Shown: positions 29,385 to 37,785 of the stretch, one piece after another
How positions within the stretch are numbered: position 1 is the stretch's first letter
Layout of the letters: each line of letters begins with the position of its first letter
Assembly: GCA_048882045.1 (NCBI GenBank)
Contig: JBHLRZ010000001.1
Span: 1-64,000, forward strand
Length of the DNA stretch: 64,000 nucleotides
From: Candidatus Thorarchaeota archaeon
Lineage (GTDB): Archaea > Asgardarchaeota > Thorarchaeia > Thorarchaeales > Thorarchaeaceae
Reading direction: 5' to 3'
Translations under genes and position numbers: made by a program
Notes under the pieces: generated by a model
What the model saw: only the letters and a program-made list of their open reading frames with translations
What the model was told of the DNA's origin: nothing
The model's database searches: none

Positions 29385-30326
29385 ATGGTAAAGGCTGTGG
29401 TTGATGCCGTAGACATTGATCCTAAGACAGGGACAACATTGGGCTACTATACATTCGGTGGGGAGCGGCCCAATATCATGATCGTTGCTGCATTTGATGG
29501 ACGGTCTGCCACAGATGTTTATGCGAGCTACCTCATTATGAAACATCTTGAGGGACTCGAACGGATTGATGGTTCTGTCACTTTCTTACCTGTGGCAAAT
29601 CCACTTGCCTTCAGACTCGGGGCTCGGGTGTCTGCACTCGATTCGAAGGACCTAGACACAGTCTTTCCTGGGAACGAATACGGAACCGTGACAGAGAGGA
29701 CTGCGTGGGAAATCTGGCGTCGAGCATCTACTTCAGACTATGTGATCCAGCTTCGAACAGGATGGCAGAACTGTACCAGCCACATCGTTGCAATGCACAG
29801 GGATTACATCCATGTCAGAAACTTGGCTTCACAGATTGCTCTTCCGTTTGCTGCTCAATCTGCAGGATTACGTGGCGCACTCACTACTGAAGCAGCACAC
29901 GAAGGCATCCCGGCAGTCTCAATAGAGATGCGAGGGGACACAGACCAAGTCGACTCACAAGCAGCAGTCGAAGTCAAAGAGGCTCTCCTGAATCTGATGA
30001 GAATAAAGGACATGATACCTGGAGAGAAGATTGAGGCATCCAACAAGCTTGTTGGGAGGTTACAGCAAATCAATGTTGACACAGAGGGTTTCTTCATCCC
30101 CAAGGTCAATCTCGGGGAGTATGTGAAGAATGGAGACGTCATAGGCCAAGTGCAAGACAAGACAGAGGTCGTTTCACAGTTTGATGGAGCTATGATCTCC
30201 CTGAGCCGCATCAACTATGTCTTCGAGGGAGATTCAGTAGCACGAATAGCATCCCCACTAGGGGACCATTGGGTTTCCAAAGAGGATGAAAAGGAAGATG
30301 ACGCACCAAAAAGAAGAAAGTGGTAG
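29385..30326 (+). CDS. Succinylglutamate desuccinylase/aspartoacylase (M14-like) family protein, Zn ligands missing
   Basis: FLPVANPLAF, DLDTVFPG, GIPAVSIE, C-terminal lipoyl-like domain; HxxE replaced by DGRS. Confidence 0.75.
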   Translation: MVKAVVDAVDIDPKTGTTLGYYTFGGERPNIMIVAAFDGRSATDVYASYLIMKHLEGLERIDGSVTFLPVANPLAFRLGARVSALDSKDLDTVFPGNEYGTVTERTAWEIWRRASTSDYVIQLRTGWQNCTSHIVAMHRDYIHVRNLASQIALPFAAQSAGLRGALTTEAAHEGIPAVSIEMRGDTDQVDSQAAVEVKEALLNLMRIKDMIPGEKIEASNKLVGRLQQINVDTEGFFIPKVNLGEYVKNGDVIGQVQDKTEVVSQFDGAMISLSRINYVFEGDSVARIASPLGDHWVSKEDEKEDDAPKRRKW

Positions 30327-30331
30327 TCTAC

Positions 30332-30913
30332 TCACCAGAGTTTGGGGAATATGAAACCTGCAGTCTTCCTGTATTCAAGGTATTCCTCACCATAGTGCTT
30401 CACGAGCTTTCGCTCCTCAAAGTATGCTCCAATCAAGGTATAGAAAATCATGCACAGAGCGAAGACGACCACCTTGGAAAAGGGGTACAGGAGTGCCAAG
30501 GCGGAGAAAACCAGAAACGTTGCCAAATAGAGAGGATGTCGAATCCTTGAGTAGATACCATCAGTAACTAACGAAGCCTTTCTGTCTGTTCGCATGTCAG
30601 CAACTGTACTTACTGAGATCACTCGTGATGCAATCATTGCCAGAATCATCCCTCCAAGAGCCAACACAATTCCAAGTATGAATAACACTGGCTGTATCAG
30701 AGTAGGCTGGGTGATGAAATAGATCCAGTCCCAAAAGTTCATTGACAGGAACGCGATGAGGAGAGTTAGAACACTTGTTAATTTGAAGAAACGGGCATAT
30801 CCCTCCTTACCCCATCTGTCAATTGTCCATTCTTTTACTCGAAGCGTCGACAGTCCACTATGCTGGATTCCAAATAATGTAGATGCTAGAATGATGATGA
30901 CATACTCAACCAT
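30332..30913 (-). CDS. Isoprenylcysteine carboxyl methyltransferase/PEMT-family membrane protein
   Basis: LVTDGIYSRIRHPLY, EERKL..YGEEYLEY. Confidence 0.85.
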   Translation of the reverse strand: MVEYVIIILASTLFGIQHSGLSTLRVKEWTIDRWGKEGYARFFKLTSVLTLLIAFLSMNFWDWIYFITQPTLIQPVLFILGIVLALGGMILAMIASRVISVSTVADMRTDRKASLVTDGIYSRIRHPLYLATFLVFSALALLYPFSKVVVFALCMIFYTLIGAYFEERKLVKHYGEEYLEYRKTAGFIFPKLW

Positions 30914-31008
30914 TGAAACCAACGACTCGATTCTATGTCATTAACCTTATAAGTTAACTATTGTGTATTTAACAATAGTTAATACATCCTTAACAGGGTG
31001 AATAATGA

Positions 31009-31581
31009 ATGATAGAAGCAAGCAAGAATCCTTTCTCCCCAATGGAGATGTGGGACGATACAATGGTCACCGTAAATGAAGGTGAAGAGAAGAAGAAAGT
31101 AGATGCCAAGCGTTACAGGATTCGCTATTTAGTAGGAGAGAGTGAAGACAAGAGATTTGTCGATGGCGGTGAAGACATCACTGAACTGTCAGAGAAAACT
31201 ATCTTCCTAGCACCGTCAGTTCACAGACTCTCAGGAGATCCATTCCACTACGATCACTCCAGAATTGAGAGTATAAGTGGAAAGACACGGATATCTGAGA
31301 GAACCAAGGAACTGCACAGACATCCAGCATGTGAGGAACACAAGACTGTTGAGGTCATCTTCGAGAGTCCTGGTGTCGAGTGCTGCGCAATGTCAAAGGA
31401 GCAGGCTGATGAGATGCGAGTTCCTCTCCAGTACTTAGCAGGATACATGCTAGGCAAAAACGACGGGATGTTGAAGGTAGCACTCTCCAAGACGGTTGTC
31501 GAAGAGGGGGACACAGAATACTACGACAACATACACATCATACCAGAGTCTGCAGTCAAGCAGCTGTCTTGTCTAGAGTAA
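31009..31581 (+). CDS. Hypothetical protein
   Basis: 190-aa ORF with GGGTGA SD; no recognised family. Confidence 0.65.
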   Translation: MIEASKNPFSPMEMWDDTMVTVNEGEEKKKVDAKRYRIRYLVGESEDKRFVDGGEDITELSEKTIFLAPSVHRLSGDPFHYDHSRIESISGKTRISERTKELHRHPACEEHKTVEVIFESPGVECCAMSKEQADEMRVPLQYLAGYMLGKNDGMLKVALSKTVVEEGDTEYYDNIHIIPESAVKQLSCLE

Positions 31582-31596
31582 TCTGCGAATAACCAA

Positions 31597-31675
31597 GAGG
31601 TTGAACGCTCGATCATCTCCTTGATCCAGCTGCCCCCACACAGCTAGACATCCTTTCGCTTCGGGCGTTCACCTC
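31597..31675. other. Intergenic stem-loop between convergent genes (candidate structured RNA/terminator)
   Basis: gaggttgaacgctcga (31597-31612) pairs with tcgggcgttcacctc (31661-31675); inner cagctg/cagct hairpin. Confidence 0.55.
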
Positions 31676-31697
31676 ATCCCTATTTATTTTCAACCAG

Positions 31698-32015
31698 TCA
31701 CAAATCGGATAGGTCCACAGCTGACCCTCGTATACAGTAATAATCCCAACGAAGACTCATCGTTTTCGTTATTGAGCAATCCGAGCACATGCAGCCCTTT
31801 TGTTCTTTATTCATTTCACTGACTCCGAACGTACAATAGACGGCGTTAATGTCTCCTGTTTCACAATTTGTAAGACATTTACTACATTGGCAAAGATGAA
31901 GGACTTGTTCTGCGCTTCTCTTGATATCGGCCTCAGACATTTGACCCATCATTGCTTTGTACTTAGCTTCGAAAGTGTCAGTTGCCCATGTTTCGATGTC
32001 GGCCATAGTTTTCAC
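31698..32015 (-). CDS. DUF2769-like Cys-rich protein
   Basis: CQCSKC...YC..G...GCMCSDC...YYC pattern. Confidence 0.7.
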   Translation of the reverse strand: MKTMADIETWATDTFEAKYKAMMGQMSEADIKRSAEQVLHLCQCSKCLTNCETGDINAVYCTFGVSEMNKEQKGCMCSDCSITKTMSLRWDYYCIRGSAVDLSDL

Positions 32016-32105
32016 TACGATTTCTGTCGTCTAACCATCGTAAATATCTATGTCAGGTAAGAGTGTAGGAAAACGGGACGGAATTTGTGCAAATTCAGAA
32101 ACAGA

Positions 32106-32888
32106 TTATTTTTCACAGATGAAGAACAGTATCGATGCTGATTTGTAGCCAGTAGACTCTAGTTGCTCCATGAGTTGCTTGGCTTCGTGTTCAAGATTCT
32201 CTGCTCCTGGAATGGACTTTGCTCTTTGAAGATGCTTCTCAAGCTGTTCCCGACCTGTTTCAAGGTTGTACTCACTTCTCGGATCCTCACACCTTTGGGA
32301 ATCATCACAGAAGATGCAATGCAATCCCCATGATGATTCAAAGGCTTCGACGTTACTCATTCCTAGTCCATGTACGAGGTCCATGAGATGCTTCCTTGAG
32401 TATGTGTCATAGTGAGGGATGCCTTCTAGTCTGTCCAATTTGGCGTCCAAGTGATGTGTCAGTGTTTCAGTATGTTGAGCGTTATTCTGGTTGCCATCAG
32501 AAAACATCTCCTGAATGAGTAGATGCCCACCTGGTCTGAGAACACGTACTATCTCTTCTAAAACTGCATTCACTTTCTCAAGATGATGGATGGAATATGA
32601 TAAACAGACTGTGTCGAAGGTCGCATCATCGAACGTGAGCTGTTCGCCGTTCATGAGTTCAAAAGAAACGGATCCATCCCTGACAGCCTCTTTCGCCTTT
32701 TCTAAGTCAGCTTCTGAGATATCTATTCCTACAAAAGATTCGTAGTCTTTCATGGATTTCATCAGTGTGGTGATAAAATCCCCATGTTGAGTGCCAACAT
32801 CCAAGACTCTTCCACCTGAAACGGATGACAGTCTATCCCGAATCTTGAGAACTCCAGAGTTTCTAATGCTATCAGTCAGGTTCTCCAA
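32106..32888 (-). CDS. Class I SAM-dependent methyltransferase
   Basis: VLDVGTQHG, GIDIS, FDDATFDTV, RVLRPGG. Confidence 0.88.
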   Translation of the reverse strand: MENLTDSIRNSGVLKIRDRLSSVSGGRVLDVGTQHGDFITTLMKSMKDYESFVGIDISEADLEKAKEAVRDGSVSFELMNGEQLTFDDATFDTVCLSYSIHHLEKVNAVLEEIVRVLRPGGHLLIQEMFSDGNQNNAQHTETLTHHLDAKLDRLEGIPHYDTYSRKHLMDLVHGLGMSNVEAFESSWGLHCIFCDDSQRCEDPRSEYNLETGREQLEKHLQRAKSIPGAENLEHEAKQLMEQLESTGYKSASILFFICEK

Positions 32889-33175
32889 CTAGATTCTCCC
32901 TCACTCCGCCCGAGTATGCTTTGCCTTAAAGGCTATCTTATGAAAGCAAAAGCATGCAAACCACATCAGAATATCATACGTATGTATGAGGATAATGTGT
33001 TTTCTTGAGAAAATGCCACTAGGAAATTCGTACAGCAGCTCACTCATGCTTAGACTTATATATGTAAATAATAGCGCTTGGGAAAGCATTCTCCTTGGGC
33101 TGCTATTTTGCACATGTTTGTCCATGCATATCGGCGGCTATATTTCAAGGGGAACGACAAAGGTGATCAAACAAG

Positions 33176-34120
33176 ATGGCTAGACCAGTGCGTGCCAACC
33201 AGCAGCATCAGAAGGGCTTGGCAGTCTGTTCTGTTTGCGGTGGCAGTGATTTTTATGAAGACTTGACACGCGGCGAACACATTTGCACTTCATGCGGATG
33301 TGTATTGAACGAACGACTCCTAGACACAGGACCAGAGTGGAGGGCTTTCACAGCTGAAGAGAGAAATGCTAGAGCCAGAACTGGTTCTCCTATGACATTG
33401 ACAATGGCGGACAAAGGTCTTGCCACTACAATTGGCTGGAGCGATAGAGATGCGAATGGTCGTGCGATTGCTGCAAGCAGTCGTGCTGCGATCTACCGAA
33501 TGAGGAAATGGCAGATCAGAACATTAGTGCACAGCTCCCAGCACAGGAACCTCAGCATTGCTATGAGTGAGATGGACAGATTGACATCCCAACTTGGTGT
33601 CCCACATGAAACCAAGGAAACCTCAGCACTCATCTATCGAAAGGCTCTATCAAGGCGCCTCGTCAGAGGTAGGAGCATCGAGGGCATGGTGGCTGCAACC
33701 ATCTATCTATCATGCCGAATCCACAAGATTCCACGACAACTCGATGAGATAGTCACAGAGGCAAGGGTCAACAGGAAAGAGCTTGGACAGTGTGTCCGAC
33801 TCATTCTCCGCAATGTTGACGTCAAGGTGCCAATTCCTTCAGCAAACGACCTTATGCCAAGGATCTCTGCAGACCTTGGACTTGATGGAAAGACTGTCCA
33901 GACCGCGATGAACATCATCAACGATGCTAGAGAGAGAGGCATCACAGCTGGTAAAGATCCAGGTGGTCTTGCAGCCGCAGCCCTCTACATCGCAGGCATC
34001 ATCGAGGACGATAGAAGGACTCAGAGAGAGATTGCTGAGGCTTCTAATGTTACAGAAGTGACTGTTCGAAACAGGTATAAAGACCTGGCAAACAGCCTTC
34101 AGATTACAATCAAACCATAG
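33176..34120 (+). CDS. tfb: Transcription initiation factor IIB (TFB)
   Basis: Zn ribbon CSVC..CTSC, GPEWRAF B-reader, two cyclin repeats, TEVTVRNRYK. Confidence 0.95.
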   Translation: MARPVRANQQHQKGLAVCSVCGGSDFYEDLTRGEHICTSCGCVLNERLLDTGPEWRAFTAEERNARARTGSPMTLTMADKGLATTIGWSDRDANGRAIAASSRAAIYRMRKWQIRTLVHSSQHRNLSIAMSEMDRLTSQLGVPHETKETSALIYRKALSRRLVRGRSIEGMVAATIYLSCRIHKIPRQLDEIVTEARVNRKELGQCVRLILRNVDVKVPIPSANDLMPRISADLGLDGKTVQTAMNIINDARERGITAGKDPGGLAAAALYIAGIIEDDRRTQREIAEASNVTEVTVRNRYKDLANSLQITIKP

Positions 34121-34158
34121 TGGTTGGGATTTCTCCCAACTACTCCTTTCCTATTTTT
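34119..34158 (+). terminator. Hairpin plus pyrimidine/T tract after tfb
   Basis: agtggttggga/tcccaactact stem followed by cctttcctattttt. Confidence 0.55.
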
Positions 34159-34299
34159 CCATTAGATTCATTTGTGTAGAAAACTGACATCCTTAGGATT
34201 CAAATGAACAAGCTCATTCTCGCACTCTGTGGTTTCCCTATAGAGAGTGTGAGTGACATACTTCTCGATAGATTGAGAGAGTTATTTTGAGGAGATTTA

Positions 34300-34563
34300 A
34301 TGACAGACCTGTATCTAGAAGACTATGGGTCCAAAGAAAAGGAAGATATCTGTTGGCAAACAATAGGTGTTCTCTGTGTGGTCATAATTGGGTTTGTCTT
34401 GTTCTATATGGTCTATACATCACTCTGGGAGCTGATGCTTCCAGCAATTTCAGATCGTGGTCTTGAACTAACAAGTCTAGGATTGATTTTTGGAGTAATA
34501 TTAGTAGTCTATATTGTCAGAAGCAAGTCACTAGAGAAAAGGAAGATAATGGCGGCTTCCTAA
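34300..34563 (+). CDS. Small 2-TM membrane protein
   Basis: GAGGAG SD, two hydrophobic segments; last codons overlap the 3' end of the tRNA-Sec antisense. Confidence 0.6.
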   Translation: MTDLYLEDYGSKEKEDICWQTIGVLCVVIIGFVLFYMVYTSLWELMLPAISDRGLELTSLGLIFGVILVVYIVRSKSLEKRKIMAAS

Positions 34564-34640
34564 GAGAATCGAACTCTCAACGCTTGCACCTTCACGGGTT
34601 TGAAGTCCGTGGGACCAGACCACCGTTCCTGTAGAAGGCC
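34550..34640 (-). tRNA. selC: tRNA-Sec (anticodon UCA), 9/4 fold, probably degenerating
   Basis: GGCCTTCTA-CA-GGAACGG TGGT CTGGTCC-CACGGA CTTCAAA CCCGTG-AAGGT GCAA GCGTT-G-AGAG TTCGATT CTCT-TAGGAAGCC-GCCA: 9-bp acceptor, 7-bp D stem with 4-nt loop, long variable arm, 4-bp T stem, G discriminator, encoded CCA. Confidence 0.92.
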
Positions 34641-34666
34641 AGGACTATCTGTGAAAGGGAACTAAT

Positions 34667-35314
34667 CTAAATGTAACGACCAATAATGTTCTGAGTTTCC
34701 CGTTTCCATTCTATACTCTTCTTAGCGAGTTCAGAAGCGATATTTCCAGGCATTGTTTCATCACGAGGAAGTGATTCGATTTTCGATAGCCATGCTGCAG
34801 TTGTGAGTGTGGTTGACGGGATACTCTCCTCACCCTCGGTTGCTTTGATTATCATCTCCCTCCCATGTGCCACCTGAACATAGACATCGTTCACAGGGGC
34901 TTTAGCGAGAATTTCTTTGATAACTCTGTCCCAACAGGTCTTTGCAACCAGTGCTTTCTTGAGTTTGGATCTGTCATTCTCAGATAATGCCTGATACTTT
35001 GAGAGTGTAGCATCCATTGCTTGGATGTGATCATCAACATAGACTGAGAGTGCGACCTCATCATGTCCCATTGCTGTTAGTTCAACAGCAGCCTGTGCTT
35101 TTGTCACTTGAATCGCAGCATGTGCTTCTTCACCTGCAATTCTGAGGGAAAACTTTGCAGACCCGTGGAAATCCTGACTCTCTGCCTCACTATGTTCTTC
35201 TAAAATCAGATTGGGTTTGGATGCAACAACATACCAAGCCAGTCTGAAAACAATGTCAGGATCAACGCTGCTGTAGTTGAGTTTGCGAGAGACCTCGGTC
35301 ATTTCTTCATTCAT
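34667..35314 (-). CDS. Hypothetical protein inside the Sec locus
   Basis: Intact 215-aa ORF, GGGAGGG SD; no recognised motif. Confidence 0.7.
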   Translation of the reverse strand: MNEEMTEVSRKLNYSSVDPDIVFRLAWYVVASKPNLILEEHSEAESQDFHGSAKFSLRIAGEEAHAAIQVTKAQAAVELTAMGHDEVALSVYVDDHIQAMDATLSKYQALSENDRSKLKKALVAKTCWDRVIKEILAKAPVNDVYVQVAHGREMIIKATEGEESIPSTTLTTAAWLSKIESLPRDETMPGNIASELAKKSIEWKRETQNIIGRYI

Positions 35315-35346
35315 TCGACTTGCCCTCCCTCAAGGGTTCCCCTAGT

Positions 35347-35430
35347 CTACTTACTGGCCTCCTTATAGAGTTTAGTTGTGGCTGTCTCCACATCGTTTTT
35401 TGAGGCGCCAATGGCTGCATTCATAACAAT
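35347..35430 (-). pseudogene. spcS: C-terminal remnant of O-phosphoseryl-tRNA(Sec) selenium transferase (SepSecS) fused to the selB fragment
   Basis: IVMNAAIGASKNDVETATTKLYKEASK* resembles the SepSecS C-terminal (Y)IVMNAAIG-x4-D-[VI]-x5-KL motif as recalled from methanococcal/eukaryotic enzymes; not SelB-like. Confidence 0.7.
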
Positions 35431-35740
35431 GTGTTCTCCAGTTTGGACCATTGGACCTTCATCTGCTGCAATAACAATGATTGCTCCATCAATAATGTTG
35501 GCACCAGCAACGACACTCCTGATAAGATCAGCGTGTCCTGGAGCGTCAACTAGAGTGACTGGAATCCGTCAAGTTCCAAAATTGTAAAGCCAAGATAGAT
35601 GGTAATTCCCCGTTTCTTGGCTTGAGGGTGTTTGTCCAGTCCAGCGGTTGAAACTTTCTTGCGCATTGCTTTTGCTAAGGCGTTTTACCATGGTCAATGT
35701 GACTCATGAGCCCAACATGCACTGGAACGAGACTACCCAT
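35425..35740 (-). pseudogene. selB: Selenocysteine-specific elongation factor SelB/eEFSec, N-terminal G-domain fragment with two frameshifts
   Basis: Reconstructed: MGSLVPVHVGLMSHIDHGKT/ALAKAMRKKVSTAGLDKHPQAKKRGITIYLGFTILELDGF/VTLVDAPGHADLIRSVVAGANIIDGAIIVIAADEGPMVQTGEHIV; ends before NKxD. Confidence 0.9.
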
Positions 35741-35825
35741 TTCTGAACTTCAAATGTGGCTGGTGGAATTGAACATAAAACCAGTGTCAGAGGACTTTAT
35801 TGGGACGATTGCTGAATCAAAGGCT

Positions 35826-36251
35826 ATGGTATCACGGTCGTTAGAGAAGATGTTGCTTATTGCAATAGGTCTCTCGACAGCAGTCATTATTGGTGTTCCA
35901 GTCTTGTTGTATGCTATTGAAACGATAAACACGACCACTCAGTTGCAGGAAGCACAATTGGCAGCAGAACTGATTCATAATGCCACAAACACAGTAGATA
36001 CTGGAATCTCCAATTCAACTGCAATCACCATTTGGATCCCCAGAGGAGCGGTTGTATCAGCTGTGGGGAACACTCTTACAGTATCTTTCGCAGAAATAAC
36101 AGAATCATGGACTGAAACATACAATCATGAAATATCAGTTGATGACCCTCCGTTTAATCCTGAAGGCCAATTACTCTATACGATAGAAGTTGTCATGATT
36201 GGAGATGTCATTCACATCGCCTTTGACGCAGTCCCAACATACCGTACTTGA
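35826..36251 (+). CDS. Archaeal pilin-like / class III signal peptide protein
   Basis: MVSR|SLE followed by a hydrophobic helix, then a small beta-rich domain with N-x-T sites. Confidence 0.5.
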   Translation: MVSRSLEKMLLIAIGLSTAVIIGVPVLLYAIETINTTTQLQEAQLAAELIHNATNTVDTGISNSTAITIWIPRGAVVSAVGNTLTVSFAEITESWTETYNHEISVDDPPFNPEGQLLYTIEVVMIGDVIHIAFDAVPTYRT

Positions 36252-36325
36252 ACTCGATGGAGCACAACGTTTTTAATCTAGGCTCAGGTTCTCGCGCCAA
36301 CAGCACCCAGCGAGGACTGAATTCA

Positions 36326-37387
36326 ATGGCAGAAGATGCCGATTATGTCGATGAAACTAGCAATGACGAAGAAGAGTCAGAGCTAGAAGAAGACATTCTC
36401 GTGGAAGCAGAAGCAGAGGGGAAGAAAGAGAGCAGGAAATTTGTTCTTTCGTCGAATCCTCTCGGACTAATTCTGAATCTCAGAATGTTGCGAAGGATAG
36501 TCCAGATTGTGTTCTTCATCGGAGTGAATGGATACATTCTGCTGGCATGGTTCCATATGCCAAACGTCCAAGCATTCTGGCTGTCCATCTGGAATAATTT
36601 ACCATCTATTCCTATTCTTGCGCCACTTGAAGCTCCTTTTGCAGCTATAGCTGGGTCATTTGACACTTTACAGAGGGAGTTATCGTCTGGTATCTTTCCA
36701 TTCTTTACAATCGGTGCCATGCTGATCATTCTCATCATCGTTGGACGTGCTCCATGTGGTTGGCTCTGTCCAATAGGTACAATTCAAGACTTCGTGACTC
36801 TCCCTAAGAGGACCAAGACTCGACCAACACATAATGCGGAGAAAGAGCTGAGACGGGTCAAGGCGTACATTTTCGTTGTAGCAGCATTCTTCGCAGTCTG
36901 GGTGGGATTTGCACGTGCAACCGGCTCAGCAGATTCCCTAGAGGCAACTCTCGGCGATTTGTTTCGAGAAGACGTCTTTGCGCCTCTCAATCCAGCATAC
37001 ATTCTTTTCGTCGAGCTGCCAAAACAAGTGTGGCCTACAGATTTGAACACTCTCTGGTACTTCACTCAGTGGGGATTGCCATTTTTCCAAATGGCATTCG
37101 TCATTCTCATATTCGTCATTTCATTCTGGGTACCAAGATGGTTCTGTAGATGGGTATGCCCAGCCGGATGGCTCTATAGCGTCTTTTCTAGAGATGCTAT
37201 GATAGGAATAGGAAGAAATCCAGCGCGATGCACTCCAGACACGTGTAATGTCTGTGAGGTGGTCTGTCCTATGAATATCAGGATTAGGAAATTCCCATAC
37301 CAACACATGCACAGCCCAGATTGTATCATGTGTCTTGAGTGTAAGAGTCACTGTCCAAACAAAGCAATAGTAATCAGGTTTTCATAG
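36326..37387 (+). CDS. Membrane 4Fe-4S protein (NapH/MauN/FixG-like)
   Basis: GRAPCGWLCPIG, RWFCRWVCPAG, CNVCEVVCP, CIMCLECKSHCP; several TMs; acidic N-terminus. Confidence 0.85.
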   Translation: MAEDADYVDETSNDEEESELEEDILVEAEAEGKKESRKFVLSSNPLGLILNLRMLRRIVQIVFFIGVNGYILLAWFHMPNVQAFWLSIWNNLPSIPILAPLEAPFAAIAGSFDTLQRELSSGIFPFFTIGAMLIILIIVGRAPCGWLCPIGTIQDFVTLPKRTKTRPTHNAEKELRRVKAYIFVVAAFFAVWVGFARATGSADSLEATLGDLFREDVFAPLNPAYILFVELPKQVWPTDLNTLWYFTQWGLPFFQMAFVILIFVISFWVPRWFCRWVCPAGWLYSVFSRDAMIGIGRNPARCTPDTCNVCEVVCPMNIRIRKFPYQHMHSPDCIMCLECKSHCPNKAIVIRFS

Positions 37388-37741
37388 ATCCAGTTGCTCA
37401 GACTTCTTGAGAACATCGTTGAAAGCGTCGTTTACTGAAGAGTAAAGATTCATGAGCTCTAGACCATGCTCTGTAACTCTGGCACCTCCACCTCCCTCCG
37501 TTCCACCCTTATAGGTTTCAACCAGAACCACATCGAGCTCTTTCTCTATCTTCTTGATGACACCCCAAGCATAACGATATGACATCCCGAGCTTCTTTGC
37601 ACCATTGGTGATGGTCCCTGCTTCATGAACTGATTTGAGTATGGCATATGCTCCAGGCCCGAAGATGTACTTGCCATCCCTCTCTAGCCACAACTTATAG
37701 TTTGGTTCTAACTTGAGGGTTCGTTTACCCTTCGGACTCAA
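37382..37741 (-). CDS. ModE-like winged-helix regulator (N-terminal domain only)
   Basis: KLWLE...FGPG, LGMSYRYAW, GGTEGGGARVT. Confidence 0.85.
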   Translation of the reverse strand: MSPKGKRTLKLEPNYKLWLERDGKYIFGPGAYAILKSVHEAGTITNGAKKLGMSYRYAWGVIKKIEKELDVVLVETYKGGTEGGGGARVTEHGLELMNLYSSVNDAFNDVLKKSEQLDL

Positions 37742-37785
37742 TCAAACTCCTCCTAGAGGAATGTCTTGTCAACAAACAGTCTGAT

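Noticed and set aside
31597-31675. Stem-loop as an orphan SECIS
   Set aside because: No properly placed AUGA/GA quartet or archaeal GAA/A core that I could fit, and neither flanking gene has an in-frame UGA
35378-35587. Plus-strand 69-aa ORF, and the 5' extension (35706-35825) of the pilin-like ORF
   Set aside because: Antisense shadows of the selB/spcS pseudogene
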